The notes below the pieces were generated by a model. The model was given only the letters and a program-made list of their open reading frames with translations, searched no databases and had not been told where the DNA came from. Of a stretch of 64,000 nt of DNA, positions 13,538 through 27,065 are shown piece after piece; position 1 is the stretch's first letter, and each line of letters starts with the position of its first letter. This DNA is from Camelus ferus (Eukaryota), in assembly GCF_009834535.1 (NCBI RefSeq), contig NC_045696.1:17176001-17240000 (forward strand). The letters run 5' to 3'. The position numbers and the translations under genes were made by a program.

Positions 13538-16500
13538 TTCCCTTCACCAAATCTACAATTATGATGATCAAACACTGTCCACACTTGTCATTTATTAAAA
13601 ACACCTCCTTTTCAATTGTAAACACGGGATCTTTTTTTTCTGAAGATCAAGAGAGAAGCTGTATTCCTTTTTTTTTTTTTTAATGTATCAAGAGTTACTC
13701 AGATTTCTCCTTATTGTTTTCTATCAGTAACGTCCTGTCACTGTGACTTAATCGTATTCTTCTATATGTTCTCTGTTTCGATTTTGGATTGATTTAATTA
13801 ATAACATTTCTGGCATCCTGGAAGCTCTGCAATAAAAAAAGAGCATGGAACTTATGAATTTAAAAGGACTTATAATTGCACATTAAAAAATATATTGACA
13901 TTGTCTGTGTTAATTTGTTCAGACCTAAAAGTGCTCAGAACTGGAAGTAGAACAGAATTATACATAAAAATTAATTCAAATGTAATGACAAGACCATAAC
14001 ATATATCTGAGTATATATACCTATCAGGTCTATATGCACATATTAACATGAATGCATATATATGCACATATAAGTATATATGTACACTACACATACGTAA
14101 TTTGTCTCCATGTACCATTTTAGGTGGGATCAATTGTATATTTAAGAACCTGAAAGTCACATATTGATTAAGGTGAGCTTTTAAAATATAATACAAAAAG
14201 GCAAAAGCACATCTCTTTTTTTAGTAGAAGGTTTTCTCTAAATAGCTTGATTAATTTGTAGAAGTTTCCAACTTAATTTCTCTATGTAAGTGTAGAACTA
14301 GTATACAAATTGATTTCACACAAAAAATGAAAAATTTATTTTATATAAATGTGGTCATTAGAATTTCATTGAAAATTTGTGTTAATGAGAACTCCATAGC
14401 AAAAATTTAATCAATTTGTGTACTTCTCTTAAAGTCTAACTAAGACAAATGTTAGATAACAACTAAAGATTCTCCTTTTTTGAAGACATTTATAAAAAGG
14501 AAACAAAATTAAATGTCAGAACTATAGAACTATTTTCAGGTCAGAGATATAAATCTGTAATATCAGTTAAACTCAGGATGACAATCAGAAGGGGTGTTTA
14601 TGTAAGTACAACCTTAAGGCTTATATCATATATGGGTACCATGTTAATGTCCCTTTATAAGTTTAAAATACTTTAGTTTCAGAGGTAATTTTACAATCTT
14701 TACCTATGCTCAAAACACCATCACCTTACAACAGCAATTTTTTTTTTTAAAAATCCAAACACAAAAAAAGAAGATGCAGGAAGGTAATTAAATTTACTAT
14801 TAAAAATATTATTTTCCCAATATAATAAAAGACAGACATTATTCTGTTCTTTGTAAACATTCATTCAGGAAAGAATACATGTTCACTAGCCTTCCCAGTT
14901 ATTGAAGTAATATAGAAGCACTGGTTGTGAATGATAATGAAGGCATGTCTGTCCCTGGTTTCATATCTGGTTCTGTCTCTCTCTGGGGCTTCCAAGATTC
15001 TATAACTAATGTGTGCAGCAGATTGGTTAATTCCTCTGTGTGTGAACTAGAGCAAAATGAGAGATAAATGAACTTTCCTCTGGGAACAACTGAGCAGACG
15101 TCTGTCTGATAACCATCTGACTTATGATCGCTGCTATATTTTAGCTGTTGAAATGAAGTGCTCCCTAGTCAGAGACTTGGCTATAAAATAATGGGTGAAT
15201 AAACCTTAAGGTACTTAAGTTATGGTGTTTAATCATATATTTGAATTGCATAGTATAAATTATGTTGATTGTGTTATAGGTCAATTGTTTCTGAACATAT
15301 AATTTAACTGCATAAAAGGCCATAAACATTTATTGCATTAATCACATAAATTAATCAAGATATTCCACACATATTTATCATCCTCAAATTTAATAATATT
15401 TTAACAAATCAAAGACATTATTTCCCTGTCTGATAACAAGCTTAGTTGTCTGCATAAATGCCAATGTTAAATTACTGTAAATACCCCCTTTAAAAGCAGA
15501 TACCTACAAAATTCTGACTTCTTAAAATATGCTTTAACATCAGTTTTATTTTCATTTTTTATTCAATGAGATAATGTATTTAGATATGTTATTGATGACT
15601 GCCATGTAGTTCTTAGCTCACAGATTCATACTTGTTTCAATATTGAAAATAATAGGTTTTTAAAAAGCTGTAATTAACTGTAAAATTAAATTATTTTAAT
15701 TTAGAGCTAAAAAATAGAGTAATTAATTTGCAAGAAACTGTATGTGTGTCAATTAAGTAAGTTTCTCTCAATTGTCAACCTCTTATTTGTGCTTAACAAG
15801 TTAGAAACCAGGAGTTTATGACCCCATATCCATTTCTAACATTCCCTCATACAGTAAGTAGTCAATTAAAGACAACGACGTATAAGGACTGGCGTGGAAG
15901 TGAGAGCTACACCAGGGGTCAAGGAAACATTGTCTTTGTGTTTTCCGACCTTATGGATTGGTAGGGGTAGAAAAATATAAGTTCAATAATCCTCCAAATC
16001 ATGCTTATCCTGCATTTTTTTTAGTATTATTTAACCCCAGAAATAATTTGTTTTTTTTAATCTCATCTTATTCATACACAAAGTAATTGTGAAATTGCTT
16101 TAAAAGAAAAAGGTGTGATGTGTATGTACATCAGGGAGACCAAACTGGCCCAAGACCTCAGACAAAGCTTCCCTAAGGGCATGGCATTAAACCAGTTATT
16201 TATAATGCAACCGGAAGAATGAAGAGGGGTCGTTTAAATGGACAAGGTAGTGAAGGGATATTTCTAGTCTACGAGAGCAGTATTCAGAATACTGAGGTAG
16301 TAACCAACAGACCAATTCCAGAGTGCTAGGGATCTGTGAGGCTGTGGCTTAGCAAACCCAGAGGGACAGTGAGCATACATAAGGTTATTCAAGACTGTAT
16401 ATTACATCAGGAATTGTTATATGCTTGGGGTACTTGAAAAATATCAAAAGGATTTAGAAAGGAAAATGCTAGTAATAGTGTTTACATGTTGGAAAGTCTT

Positions 16501-16844
16501 TATTCTTTTTTATGTTTTAGAATAATCGCCACACACAAAGGGTTTGATTTAACTGACATCTCTTGAGTACTAAGAAACTGATATCCAGATAAATGAACAA
16601 AGAGTTTCTCTATACAATAATGCTATTCTTAGAGCAGTTATGCATAAAAAAGATTATTTCCCTCTCCTGGACTTTTCTTAGTTCCAGATATCAGGCCACT
16701 TTTATAAAGAATCAATTTACCCTCAACTCACCTTCTAGAAAGCACAATTGCTTATATGTATGCGTCTTGCTTATCAATCTGTGCCACAGACTAGGCTAGA
16801 AGTCTTTTTTCAGCATAAAGGCACATATTATGCTATGCTATTAT

Positions 16845-17185
16845 ATTACTTATATGTGGAATCTAAAAGATAATACAAATGAATCTACATACAGAACAGA
16901 ATCAAACTTAAAAACTTGATCTCAGATTCAATTTAATCCTTAGCAAAGCCTCAACTGTCTTTGTACAACTTGATCCTGAAATTCATATGGAAATGCAAAG
17001 ACTGAAACAATCCTGGAAAAGAAAAAAGCCAGAGGACTCATACTTTGCAATTTCAAAGCTTGCAACAAAACTACAATAATCAAGAAAGTGTGGTACTGTC
17101 ATATGGATAGCATTGTTGATCAATGTAATAAATAGGATTAAGACCCCAGAAATAAACCCTCATCTATAGTCTATTTTACTTTCTA
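16845..17185 (+). mobile_element. Juxtaposed L1 fragments (3' UTR piece, then ORF2 piece)
   Basis: cttatatgtggaatctaaaa, then aattcatatggaaatgcaaagac...aatcaagaaagtgtggtactg...cccagaaataaaccc. Confidence 0.7.
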
Positions 17186-17349
17186 TCCATAATGAGAACA
17201 GAACATCCATTTTCTTTAAATTTTCCTGACACTATATATTTTAAATGTTGCTATTAATCAGAGGGAAAAATTCTCCATCTCTAAATATTGAATGGGATCA
17301 GTAGACCTACTTCAATAAAAGAGAAGGAAGCTGCTCAAGTCTCAATGAG

Positions 17350-17465
17350 CATTGAATAAAATGCATATTCTGAATCATTAGCTCTAGGATGGGTCTGAAA
17401 TTCTGCATTTCTGACAAATTTCTATTTGCATTTTGGGCACAAACTTACTTTGAGTAACAAGAGTC
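17350..17465. mobile_element. MER5-like hAT fragment
   Basis: tctgaatca...ggatgggtctgaaattctgcatttctgacaa...ctttgagtaacaag. Confidence 0.45.
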
Positions 17466-17784
17466 CAAACTATATTAAAGTATATATTAGTAAAAATGGG
17501 AAATTTTGTGGTAGAAAAAACAGATGATCTACATGATCAAGAAGTCTAAAAATAACTTAAATACACAAAATTTACCCAAAAAAGTCTCATATTCATAGAG
17601 CACTCACATTACTAGGATGTAGTCATAACAGATATAAAATAAGAAATATCTCAAATCAGAAAGTATCAGTAAGATGAATAATCTACAACATTTCTTTAGA
17701 GCTTAAAGTTAGAAAAATCTTACATGAACATGCTAAAAAGGAAAAAAATATCACACAGAACAAGATGAGCAAACAGAAGTTAAT

Positions 17785-18245
17785 GTTATCCCCATCCCAC
17801 TGCCAGCAATAGGGGAGAGAACACAGAGTCTGCGTAATCAGTTTCACAGACACAAAAGGCAGCGGGATTCTAAATGCTGGAGTGAGCTAGTGGGAAAGAA
17901 CTGGAGGACATCAGGTGGGAGGCTGATCAATGGGATGCATCTGCCACATTAACTGATTCCTAAGTTTGCAAATGTTTTTCTCTGTGATTGGGCCATCTGG
18001 GCTTGCTAATTGGCTTGACTCAAAGGAAAAGTAAACTTCCTCCTATCTTCATCATCAGAAGTGGTTTTACTCCAAATTAAGTTGAAGTTGGCTCCTACCC
18101 TCCCATGGGGAATGGCACATAGGGGATTTTTCTTCTTGATTACATTTAAAAGGGATGGCTCCCAGGTCCTTGAGAAAGACAGTCCTGGGTTGTAAGACTG
18201 GAAAGAGACTTTTAAAAAGATATTCATCTCAAAGGGACAAAGAAA
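17785..18245 (-). mobile_element. ERV1-class LTR fragment
   Basis: ggctcccaggtccttgagaaagacagtcctgggttgtaa...catctcaaagggacaaagaaa resembles the reverse strand of ERV1 LTRs. Confidence 0.55.
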
Positions 18246-18247
18246 TG

Positions 18248-18480
18248 ATGGGGGGTGGGAAGGAACAGACTGGGAGTTCAAAATGCAGAACAGATAAACA
18301 AGATTGTACTGTGTAGCACAGGGAAATATATAGAGGATCTTGTGGTGGCTCACAGCAAAAGACAATGTGACGATGAATGTATGTATGTTCATGTATAACT
18401 GAAAAACTGTTCTCTACACTGGAATTCGACACAACATTGTATAATGACTATAACGCAATAAAAAAATATTTAAAATAAAC
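18248..18480 (+). mobile_element. Camelid-type L1 3' end
   Basis: ggggggtgggaagg..gactgggagttcaaaat..tagcacagggaaatata..gacacaacattgtataatgactataacgcaataaaaaaa. Confidence 0.85.
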
Positions 18481-18593
18481 AAAATGACAAATTTTAATGT
18501 TCTATGAAAAAGATCAGATTTAGGAGAAGGTAGTGTGACAACACATTGAGCAAACACCTAAATGTTTATTAGGAAACATTAAAAGTATCTACT

Positions 18594-19721
18594 AAAAGGG
18601 ATCCAAATTGGAAAAGAAGAAATAAAACTGTCACTGTTTCCAGATGACATGATACTATACATAGAAAATCCTAAAGATGCCAACAGAAAACTACTAGAAC
18701 TCATCAATGAATCTGCTAAAGTTGCAAGATACAAAATTAAAATACAGAAATCAGTGGCATGTCTATACACTACAACAATGAAATAGCAGAAAAAGGAATT
18801 AAGCAAACAACACCATTTACCATCACACCAAAAAGAGTAAAATAGCTAGGAATAAACCTACCCAGGGAGGTAAAGGACCTGTACTCTGAAGACTATAAGA
18901 CACTGATGAAAGAAATTGAAGATGACATAGTAGATGGAAGGATATACCGTGTTCTTGGATTGGAAGAATCAATATTGTTAAAATGGCCATACTACCCAAG
19001 GCAATATACAGATCCAGTGCAACCCCTATCAAATTACCAATGACATTTTTCCAGAACTGGAACAAAAAAATGTTAAAATTTGTATGGAAATGCCATACCA
19101 TATGATCCAGCAATCCCACTCTTGGACAAATATCCAGGGAAAAACTGTAATTCAAAAAGATATATGCAACACTGTTTGCAATAGCCAAGAAATGGAAGCA
19201 AACTCAATATCTATCAACAGAAGAATGAATAAAGAAGATGTGGATATGTATACAACAGAATGTTATTCAGCCATAAAAAGAATGAACAAAAGCCTTCTGC
19301 AGTAACATGGACAGACCTAGAGATTGCCATATTAAGTGAAAGAAGTCAGACAGAGAAAGACAAATATAATATGATCTCACTTATATGTGGAATCTAGAAA
19401 AAAAAGATATAAATTTTATTTACAAAACAGAAATAGATTCATGGACATAAAAAGCAAACTGTGGTTACCAGGGCAGAAAGGTGGGGGAGAGGGATAAATT
19501 AGGAGTTTGGGATTAACAGATATACATTACTATATATAAAATAGATAAAAAACAAAGACCTACTGTATCGCACAGGGAACTATGTTCAGTTTCTTGTAAT
19601 AAGCCATAATGGAAAAGAAACTGAAAAAAGATATACGTATAACTGAATCATTTTGCTGTACACCTGAAACTAACATTGTAAATTGACTACACTTCAATAA
19701 ACAATAATAATTAAAAGAAAA
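18594..19721 (+). mobile_element. 5'-truncated L1 (ORF2 RT part plus 3' UTR) with 13-bp TSD and an internal deletion near 19090
   Basis: ttccagatgacatgatactatac (FxDD RT motif); A-rich tail; TSD aaaagtatctact at 18581-18593 and 19722-19734. Confidence 0.92.
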
Positions 19722-20307
19722 AAAAGTATCTACTTGAAGCAGAAAAAGAAAATTTTATTTTGATAAAAGTTGTTTAAAATTTTAGTTTAATTTGCAAGAA
19801 CCAAACACACCCATCATTCTGCCTTTCTAGAAGTCTTGCTAAATGTATGACAGTTCATATTCTCTATTATTGATTTTCAATGATTAAAGTTATATTCTGT
19901 ATTTTGTTGTTTTGACAAGAAGCTTTTTATACTCAAAAAACAGCATCTTTAATCAAATGGTTTATTGTTTGTATTGTATTGTATTGTTTGAGGGAAGTTT
20001 AGCTAGTAGATCCTAAGAGTATTACCCATTCATCTGATTCGTGTTACCCAGATTGCAGATCCAACAGAAAATGTCCTGTGGGTCTAAATCAAGAGCAGAA
20101 GCACCATTCCATGCAGAAAGCTGTGGGAGATTGACAGTGGTGAGGCTTCCCAGAAGCGTAGACCTTGGCTGCCACAACACAGCTTGTTTCATGTTTAAGG
20201 AAACATTCCTTCAAATATGAAGAACATTGAGATACATACCTGAGACTATTTCAAATTCAGTGAGCCAGTGAATTAAAGTTATCTCTGATGTATACACTCA
20301 AATATCA

Positions 20308-21609
20308 TTCTGTTCTTCAGTAGCTTACCAGCAAAAAACTAATATTTGTAGTGATAGAAAATGTAGGCACAACAATGTTTCAGTGGTAAAATTAATAGAA
20401 GTTCAGAAAAAGAAAGTGGGTAACAGCAAAGATGCATATATGTGTTAAAATCTAGGGTTTGCATATGTAGCAAAAATGCATATGTCAGCCTCTCCCTTCT
20501 AAAAAGTAATTTTTTTAGTTTCTGAATGTGAAAGGAAATAACTAGATGTAATATAATACAGTATAAACTTCTGTGTAATCACTAATTCAATTTATAGCAT
20601 AGAATAAAACTTAAGACAGATAAAATCTTAACGTATAGGTCTCAGAAAATCAACCTCAGGTGCTCTGCAAGAAGTGCAGAATTTGACCAGGGAAGAATGA
20701 AGTCCTGAAATAAATAACTTTCATTTTATAAACAACAAAATTAATGCTAGGAAAAAATGCACAATTAGGAAGTGGCTATGATTAAAACTCAGGTATGTTA
20801 AAAAAACAAACCAAAAAAACCCTCAGGTACATTCTTCCTTTATTTCTTAAACTTTCATGACACTATTAGTTTAAAACAGTTTTACTTAGCTTGGAATTCT
20901 TTTATTATTTTCACAGTCTCTTGTAGTGGTTATGAAAATGGACTTTGAAATTTAGCAACCTTGCCAACCTCTCATTTAAATGTGGACTAGTACCTAGTTT
21001 TGCCTCTCTCTCTATACCATACTATTTTTCAATTGGGAATACAATGCTGACTATCTTGTAGTTTTGTTGTGGGTATTAAATATAATAATACATATGAAGC
21101 AATTAGCATACTGCCTGTTCCAAATAAATGTTAGTGATTCTGTAACTATCATTATCATCATGTATTCAAACTTACTTAACCAATATTATTATCATTCAGT
21201 ATCCAATCCAGCAGATCCCATGCTTACCCATATACAGTTACTTCTGTGTATATGTAGCTTTTATTTTGGTTTTGTTGAACAGCCAGCAAATGCAGCAAAT
21301 ACTCAGCAAGCTGATAGCATTCCAATGATCCAAAGAACAACAATAAAATCTTTAATTTAAGGTAGAATTTTTCTATTTTCTTTGTTATGAACTAGTTCTA
21401 CACCTAGCTTATGGAATACTCCCTTTGTCTGATGAAGGGTCCACAGATTTTCATTCCCTAATTCTACCTTCTCTAGGCAGCTTTCCTAGAGTCCACCTAC
21501 CCACTTTTTTTTTCTGAACTTCTATTAATTTTACCACTAAAACATTGTTGTGCCTACATTTTCTATCACTACAGATAGTTTTTTGCTGGTAAGCTATTGA
21601 AGAACAGAA
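20308..21609. repeat. ~113-bp inverted repeat pair (20308-20422 and 21498-21609)
   Basis: ttctgttcttcagtagcttaccagcaaaaaact...gttcagaaaaagaaagtgggta is the near-perfect reverse complement of tacccacttttttttttctgaac...gctggtaagctattgaagaacagaa. Confidence 0.9.
20920..21145 (+). mobile_element. MIR SINE
   Basis: tgtagtggttatgaaaatggactttga...gttttgttgtgggtattaaatataataatacatatgaagcaattagcatactgcctg. Confidence 0.65.
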
Positions 21610-23099
21610 AAAAAATTGCAGAATATTTTTGTGTCTTCCTTGTTTATCAGTCAGTTTTGCTTTTATTTGGACCAAAATAAATTCATAGTAATATATGAAA
21701 GGAAGACATAAAATTGATAGACTGAAAAACAGCAATATAAACTGGTGTAATCTGAAGGTAACTTATTTGAATCCAGTAAATAACTGGTAGAAATTAAGTA
21801 TTGATTGCCTTGATTTGAGTTGCAACATTTTACTGACTTGACAAAATGAATGGCTGCTATTTATGTAAGAGATTGTCAGATACTTCAAAAGACTGGAGAT
21901 AAATGCTCTACATCAAGCCCTCCTTCTTTAAAGAGAATATATTAAAAATTAAATATAATTTACCAAAACATCCATTCACTTTACAAGCACATTTTTTTTT
22001 TCTGTTGTTGAAATTAATTATTTTTGCTGTTTAAGGCTCAGGGCATCTGTTATGCCACTGGAATGGAATCTACTGATTATAATATAAAAATTTCATTGGT
22101 GTATCTATAAATGTATATATTCAAGGTAAATAAGGATATAGGTAATATGATGCATAGACAGCTATTCTTTTTAATATTAATTGAGGAAGCTCTGGGCAAA
22201 CAGCTATTTGACCTTCTTAACTGAGCAGTTTGCCTTCAACACCCACAACGGATGTACGAACATGATCACTTGGCTGTCGATACTTGTTTCCATCTGTTAT
22301 GCTGGCAACCTGCCTGCTCACAAAATACTGTGATATTTTAGACTGCAGGTGCCAGCTAAGTAGATTGGCAGCCTGAAATTCTGAGAACGCTTGATTTTTT
22401 TTCTGCAGAAATTGATGCCACATTAACATGCACATGGCTTCTTGTCACCAAACCACCTGTTCCTTCTTTTTAGGCCAAAATATTCACAGAAAGGCAATAG
22501 TGAGTACTTGAGAAAAATCAGGGAGAATCTGTTGTGAAATAATTAGATCTTGTTACATCTTGCTCTATTTTTAAAAATGACCATGCATATTTGAGTATAA
22601 AACCACTGCGCCTATGAAAAGCCAAAACACACCATATTAAATAATTGAAAGAAATATTGTTGATATATAGTGGTTTTTGTGAGTGGGGATTTTTAAGTGT
22701 ATATAAAACCAGTGATGCATCCAGGACTTGGACTAGAGGAAGTTCCTGTGTTAAATAAATGTTTTTTTTAGAATCCCAAAGCGAGGGAGGGGGGTAAATT
22801 ATTGGATAGTAATTTAATAATTCAAACATTCTACCATAAGCTGACTTGATGATGGAAGACATGTATTTAAAATTAGCCCAATGTTTTTTTATTTCCTTCT
22901 CTCTGTCCATACACAGTATCTCAGACAAAAATTATTTATGTCCTGAAATTTTTGCCGTCTCAATATGCTGACACCTGGAATATGAAATGTTAAGGAGCCC
23001 AATTTCAGAATAGCAATAAGGCAAAAAAAAAATATCCACAAGTATTTCATACATTCTCCGCTCTATTCAAATTGCAGTCTTCCAGGAGACAGACAATTC

Positions 23100-23775
23100 A
23101 ACTTCTTGCAACAGTTAAGGCTGGCGTGTGGTGGTAGCCTCTGCGTTAGAAACACAGTCTTTTACCTTGTTTCTAGTCTATAAGGGTAAGTATGCTGACG
23201 TGTTTGGAGCAACGGTGGGCCTCAGCAATAATGGTAGGAGTCTGGGTAGTGAGGTCCCACAGCAGGCTGACTCCAGTTGGTCACATCAGAGAAGACGGCC
23301 TGCTGTGGACATCTAGATGAGTGACCCAGGAGTTTGATAAACAGCTGCAATTTGTTTCAAATGTTCGTGAATCCAAAGAACTAGGTCTTTAAATCTGTCA
23401 GTGTAATTTTCCAAGCAACAGACCAAACAGCCATCAGTACAAATAGAACTAAGTTCATCAGAAGAATTTCTGGCCAGTATAAGAAAGGCTTTGAGTTCTG
23501 CCCATTGAATAAAACAACCATGTCCCACTGAGGCTCTAGTTTGAAGCTGCGGAATGACTCTCTCCCAAAAATGGGGAAAAGTTGTTAATCTGTCATGTAA
23601 GTCATGAAACGCCCTTGGGCCCAAGTTTTCTACGTTCTTGAATGTACCATTTCACTTTGCAGCTGAGGCATTCTGGACCTTTCCCATGCTGCCATTCATT
23701 GTCTGAATCGACCCACCGCAAAATAGGAACATTAGGCCAAATTGTTCCAGGGTCTCCATTGGTCTGAATGAATAT
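23100..23775 (-). mobile_element. ERV-L class (HERV16/ERVL-like) internal pol remnant, connection and RNase H region
   Basis: Minus-strand translation with frameshifts gives PILRWVDSD, K*xWYIQERRKLGP, QWAELKAFL, CTDG and WVTHLDVH. These match ERV-L pol motifs PIMNWVLSD, KWKWYIQDR..GP, QWAEL, TDS and VxHVDAH. Includes ORF 23313-23624. Confidence 0.8.
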
Positions 23776-23777
23776 GC

Positions 23778-26700
23778 TACTAGCTGACCCACCCTAAAAT
23801 AAATAGTACAGGAACTTCTTGAGGCTGATTCAATTCAAATCAGAGTCTAAATTCCAAAACTAATGGTACTAGTAACAGTAATTATGTATCTATAAAAGAT
23901 AGTATAAATTCATATTTCTTTCCCTCTTTGCTTTTAACTGATTTAAAAATCAATGTTATAAAACAATGTATATATAATTGTATTTTTGGTCCTATAGTAT
24001 ATAGGAATGTAATACATTTGACAATAACAGCACAAATGAGGTAGTTGGGAGAAAATTTGTACTGGAGTAAGTAAATGACTCCGGATGGTTACTTAAAACC
24101 ACAGAAAGAAATAAAGAGAATCAGGACTAGTAAAGTAGAAAGTTCAGATATCAAACACTATGAATATATTCATGTCCTCTTTCCTTTCTCAACATCTTTA
24201 GAAGACATAACATTATATAAAGTAAATTATATAACAATGTATATATGGGTCTATAACATATGTAGATGCAATATGTATAACAATCATAGCACAAAAAGTG
24301 TAGGGAGAAGGTGCAAGACTATATAGGAGGCACTTTACTATATCTCACTGGATTAACATTAATGTAAACCTGAAGTAGTTTCTCATAGGTTCTCCATGGT
24401 TATAAGTATAAAGTAATCACTAAGAAATTCACTCAAAAATATAGTAAAACTTTATTAAAGAAATTTAAATCTTACACTAGAAAACTTAACGGAAAAAGAA
24501 AGCAGTAAAGGAACATTAGAGAAAAAAGACATGGGGCGTATAGAAAACCAAATGAAAAATTTCAAATGTAAATGCAACTTTATGAATAACATTAAATGGG
24601 AATGGATTAAACAGTCCAATCAAAACGCAGATACTGTGAGTGTAGAGAAAACAATAAAATCCCAATATAAGCTCTCTATAGGAGACATGTTTTATATTCA
24701 AATAAATAAATACATTGAAAGTAAGGGGATGAGAAAAGAAATATTGTGTAAACTGCAAACCATAAAAAGTCTGGAATGGCTTCACAAATTTCAGATAAAA
24801 TTGCCCTTAGAAAAAGGATGTTACTAGAGATAAAAGAGGGCTACTTTATGATAATAAAAAGGTTATTATAACTGGAGATATAACACTTATAAACATACAC
24901 ACACCTAAGAGAGTCCCAGAATACATATAATGAAAACTTAGAGAATTGAAAGGAATATAGACAATTCAACAGTAATAGTTGGACACAATATCTCACTTTC
25001 AGTAATGGGTAGAACAACTCTGCAGAATATTTTGATATTAAAACTAGACAAATGTATGACAAGAAAAAAAAAAAACCTACAGACCAATATTGTTTATAAA
25101 TGTAAACAAAAACCTTCTTAACAAAATAATATCAATCTATAAAAAATATTTTACACCATGACTAAGTGGCATTTATTCCCCAAAAGCAAGGACAGTTTAA
25201 GATCTGAAAATCAATTAATACAATACACCATATCAAAAGAAAAGGATAAAATAAACATGATTATCTTATTAAGTGTAGAAAATAATTTGACAAAATTTAA
25301 TATTCCTTTATGATAAAATATATACAGTAAAGGTAGAAATTAAAAAATAAAATTAAAAAATAATTCCATTACAGTAATATAAAAAACAATCAAATTCTAT
25401 GAACAAATTTAACAAAATACATGCAAAATGTACACTCTGAAAACAAGCAAATATAGCAGAAAATATTAAAGATCAACTAGATACTTTGAAAGATATCCCA
25501 TGTTTGGGGATTAGAAAATTTAATATTGCTAAAATGGCAGTAATTTCTAAATTGATCTAATTAATCCAATGGAATTTCTGTCAAAAGCTCAGCTGCTGTT
25601 TTGTCAGAAATTAAAAACCTGATCTCAACACTGATATGGAATTTCAAGCTCTTCAGAATAGCCACATAGTTTTGAAAAAGAACATCAGAAGACTCACAAT
25701 TCTTGATTTTCAAACTTACCACAAAGCTACTTTAATCAAACAATGTCTTACTGAAATAAGGAAGATAAGTTAAATCAATGGGATAGAACTGAGATTCCTG
25801 GAGTAAAATATAATATTTAATTGATTTCAGACAAAGGTACCAAGACAAATCAATGGAAAAAGAATAGGCTTTTCAACAAATAGTGCTGGATATCTATACA
25901 GAAAAGAATGAAGTTAGGCCCATTCCATATTCCATGTATAAAAACTTACCTGAAAGGAAAAAAAGCCCTAAATACATGAACTAACTCTATAAAACTTTTA
26001 AGAGAAAACATGGATGTATTTGTGACCTGGGATTAGATAATGAATTCTTTGATATGACACCTAAAATGCCAAAACAAAGACTAAAATAAAATAGATAAAT
26101 TGAGTATCATCAAAGAGGATCATCAAGAATGTGAAAAATATCCCACAGAATTGGAAAAAAAATTACAAATTATATAGTTGATAAAGTACTTGTATCTAGA
26201 ATGCATAAACAACTCCTACAACTCAATAATAAAACAACTCAATTGAAAAATGGGCAAAAGATAAACACATATTTCTCCAAAGAAGATACGCAAATATGCA
26301 TGGCCAAAAAATACATGAAAAGATGTTCAACATCATTAGACATCAGGAAATGCAAATTAAAACCTCAATGAAATGCCATATTGCATCAACTAAAATGGCT
26401 ATTAAAAAAAACACTAAGTATTAATAAAAGTTTAAAGAAACTGGAACTCTCAAACTCTTCTGTGTGAATGTTAAATAGTTCAGTGACAGAAAAACCATCT
26501 GTCATTCATCAAAATATTCAACATAAAATTACCATATGATTCAGCAAATTCATCACTAGATATAACACTCAAGAGAAATGACTGTATATGTTCATGCAAA
26601 AACTTTCACAAGAACGCTAACTGAAATACTATTCAAAATATCCAAATGTTTATCAACATATGAATGGATAACTAAAAGATGGCATACTCATATAATGGAA

Positions 26701-27065
26701 TATTATTTGGCAATAAAATAAATAAGGTACCAATATATATACTACAGCTTAGATGAATCTTGAAAACGTTATGTTAAATGAAAGAAACCAGCCAAGAAAG
26801 ACTACATATTTTATTATTTCATTTATATGGAATGTCTAGAATGGAAAGTCTATAGAGATAGATTATAGACAAATGGTGGCCTAGATGTTAGGTAAAAATG
26901 GGGATTGACTGATGCTAAGGGCTTCTTTGGGGGTAATGAATGTTCTAATATTGATTGCAGCAATAATTGTGCAACTCCTTGAACATACTGCAAACATTCG
27001 TCTGTACATCTTCACTGGCAGATTTTATAAGAGGTGAATTATCTATTAATACAGCTATTTTAAAA
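23778..27065 (+). mobile_element. Old L1 (L1MB/MC/MD-type): ORF1 end, inter-ORF, deleted ORF2 and 3' UTR
   Basis: gacccaccctaaaa (ORF1 end); endonuclease-region remnants ~24580-25020; aagatgttcaacatcattagacatcaggaaatgcaaattaaaacc; ends gtgaattatctattaatacagctatttt. Confidence 0.88.

Noticed and set aside
18579..19305. Several 70-120 aa ORFs
   Set aside because: Antisense or off-frame translations of L1 sequence; the same applies to most ORFs in the track.
22518..22928. Longest ORF in the track (136 aa)
   Set aside because: Non-ATG start, AT-rich composition and no homology recognised; consistent with chance.
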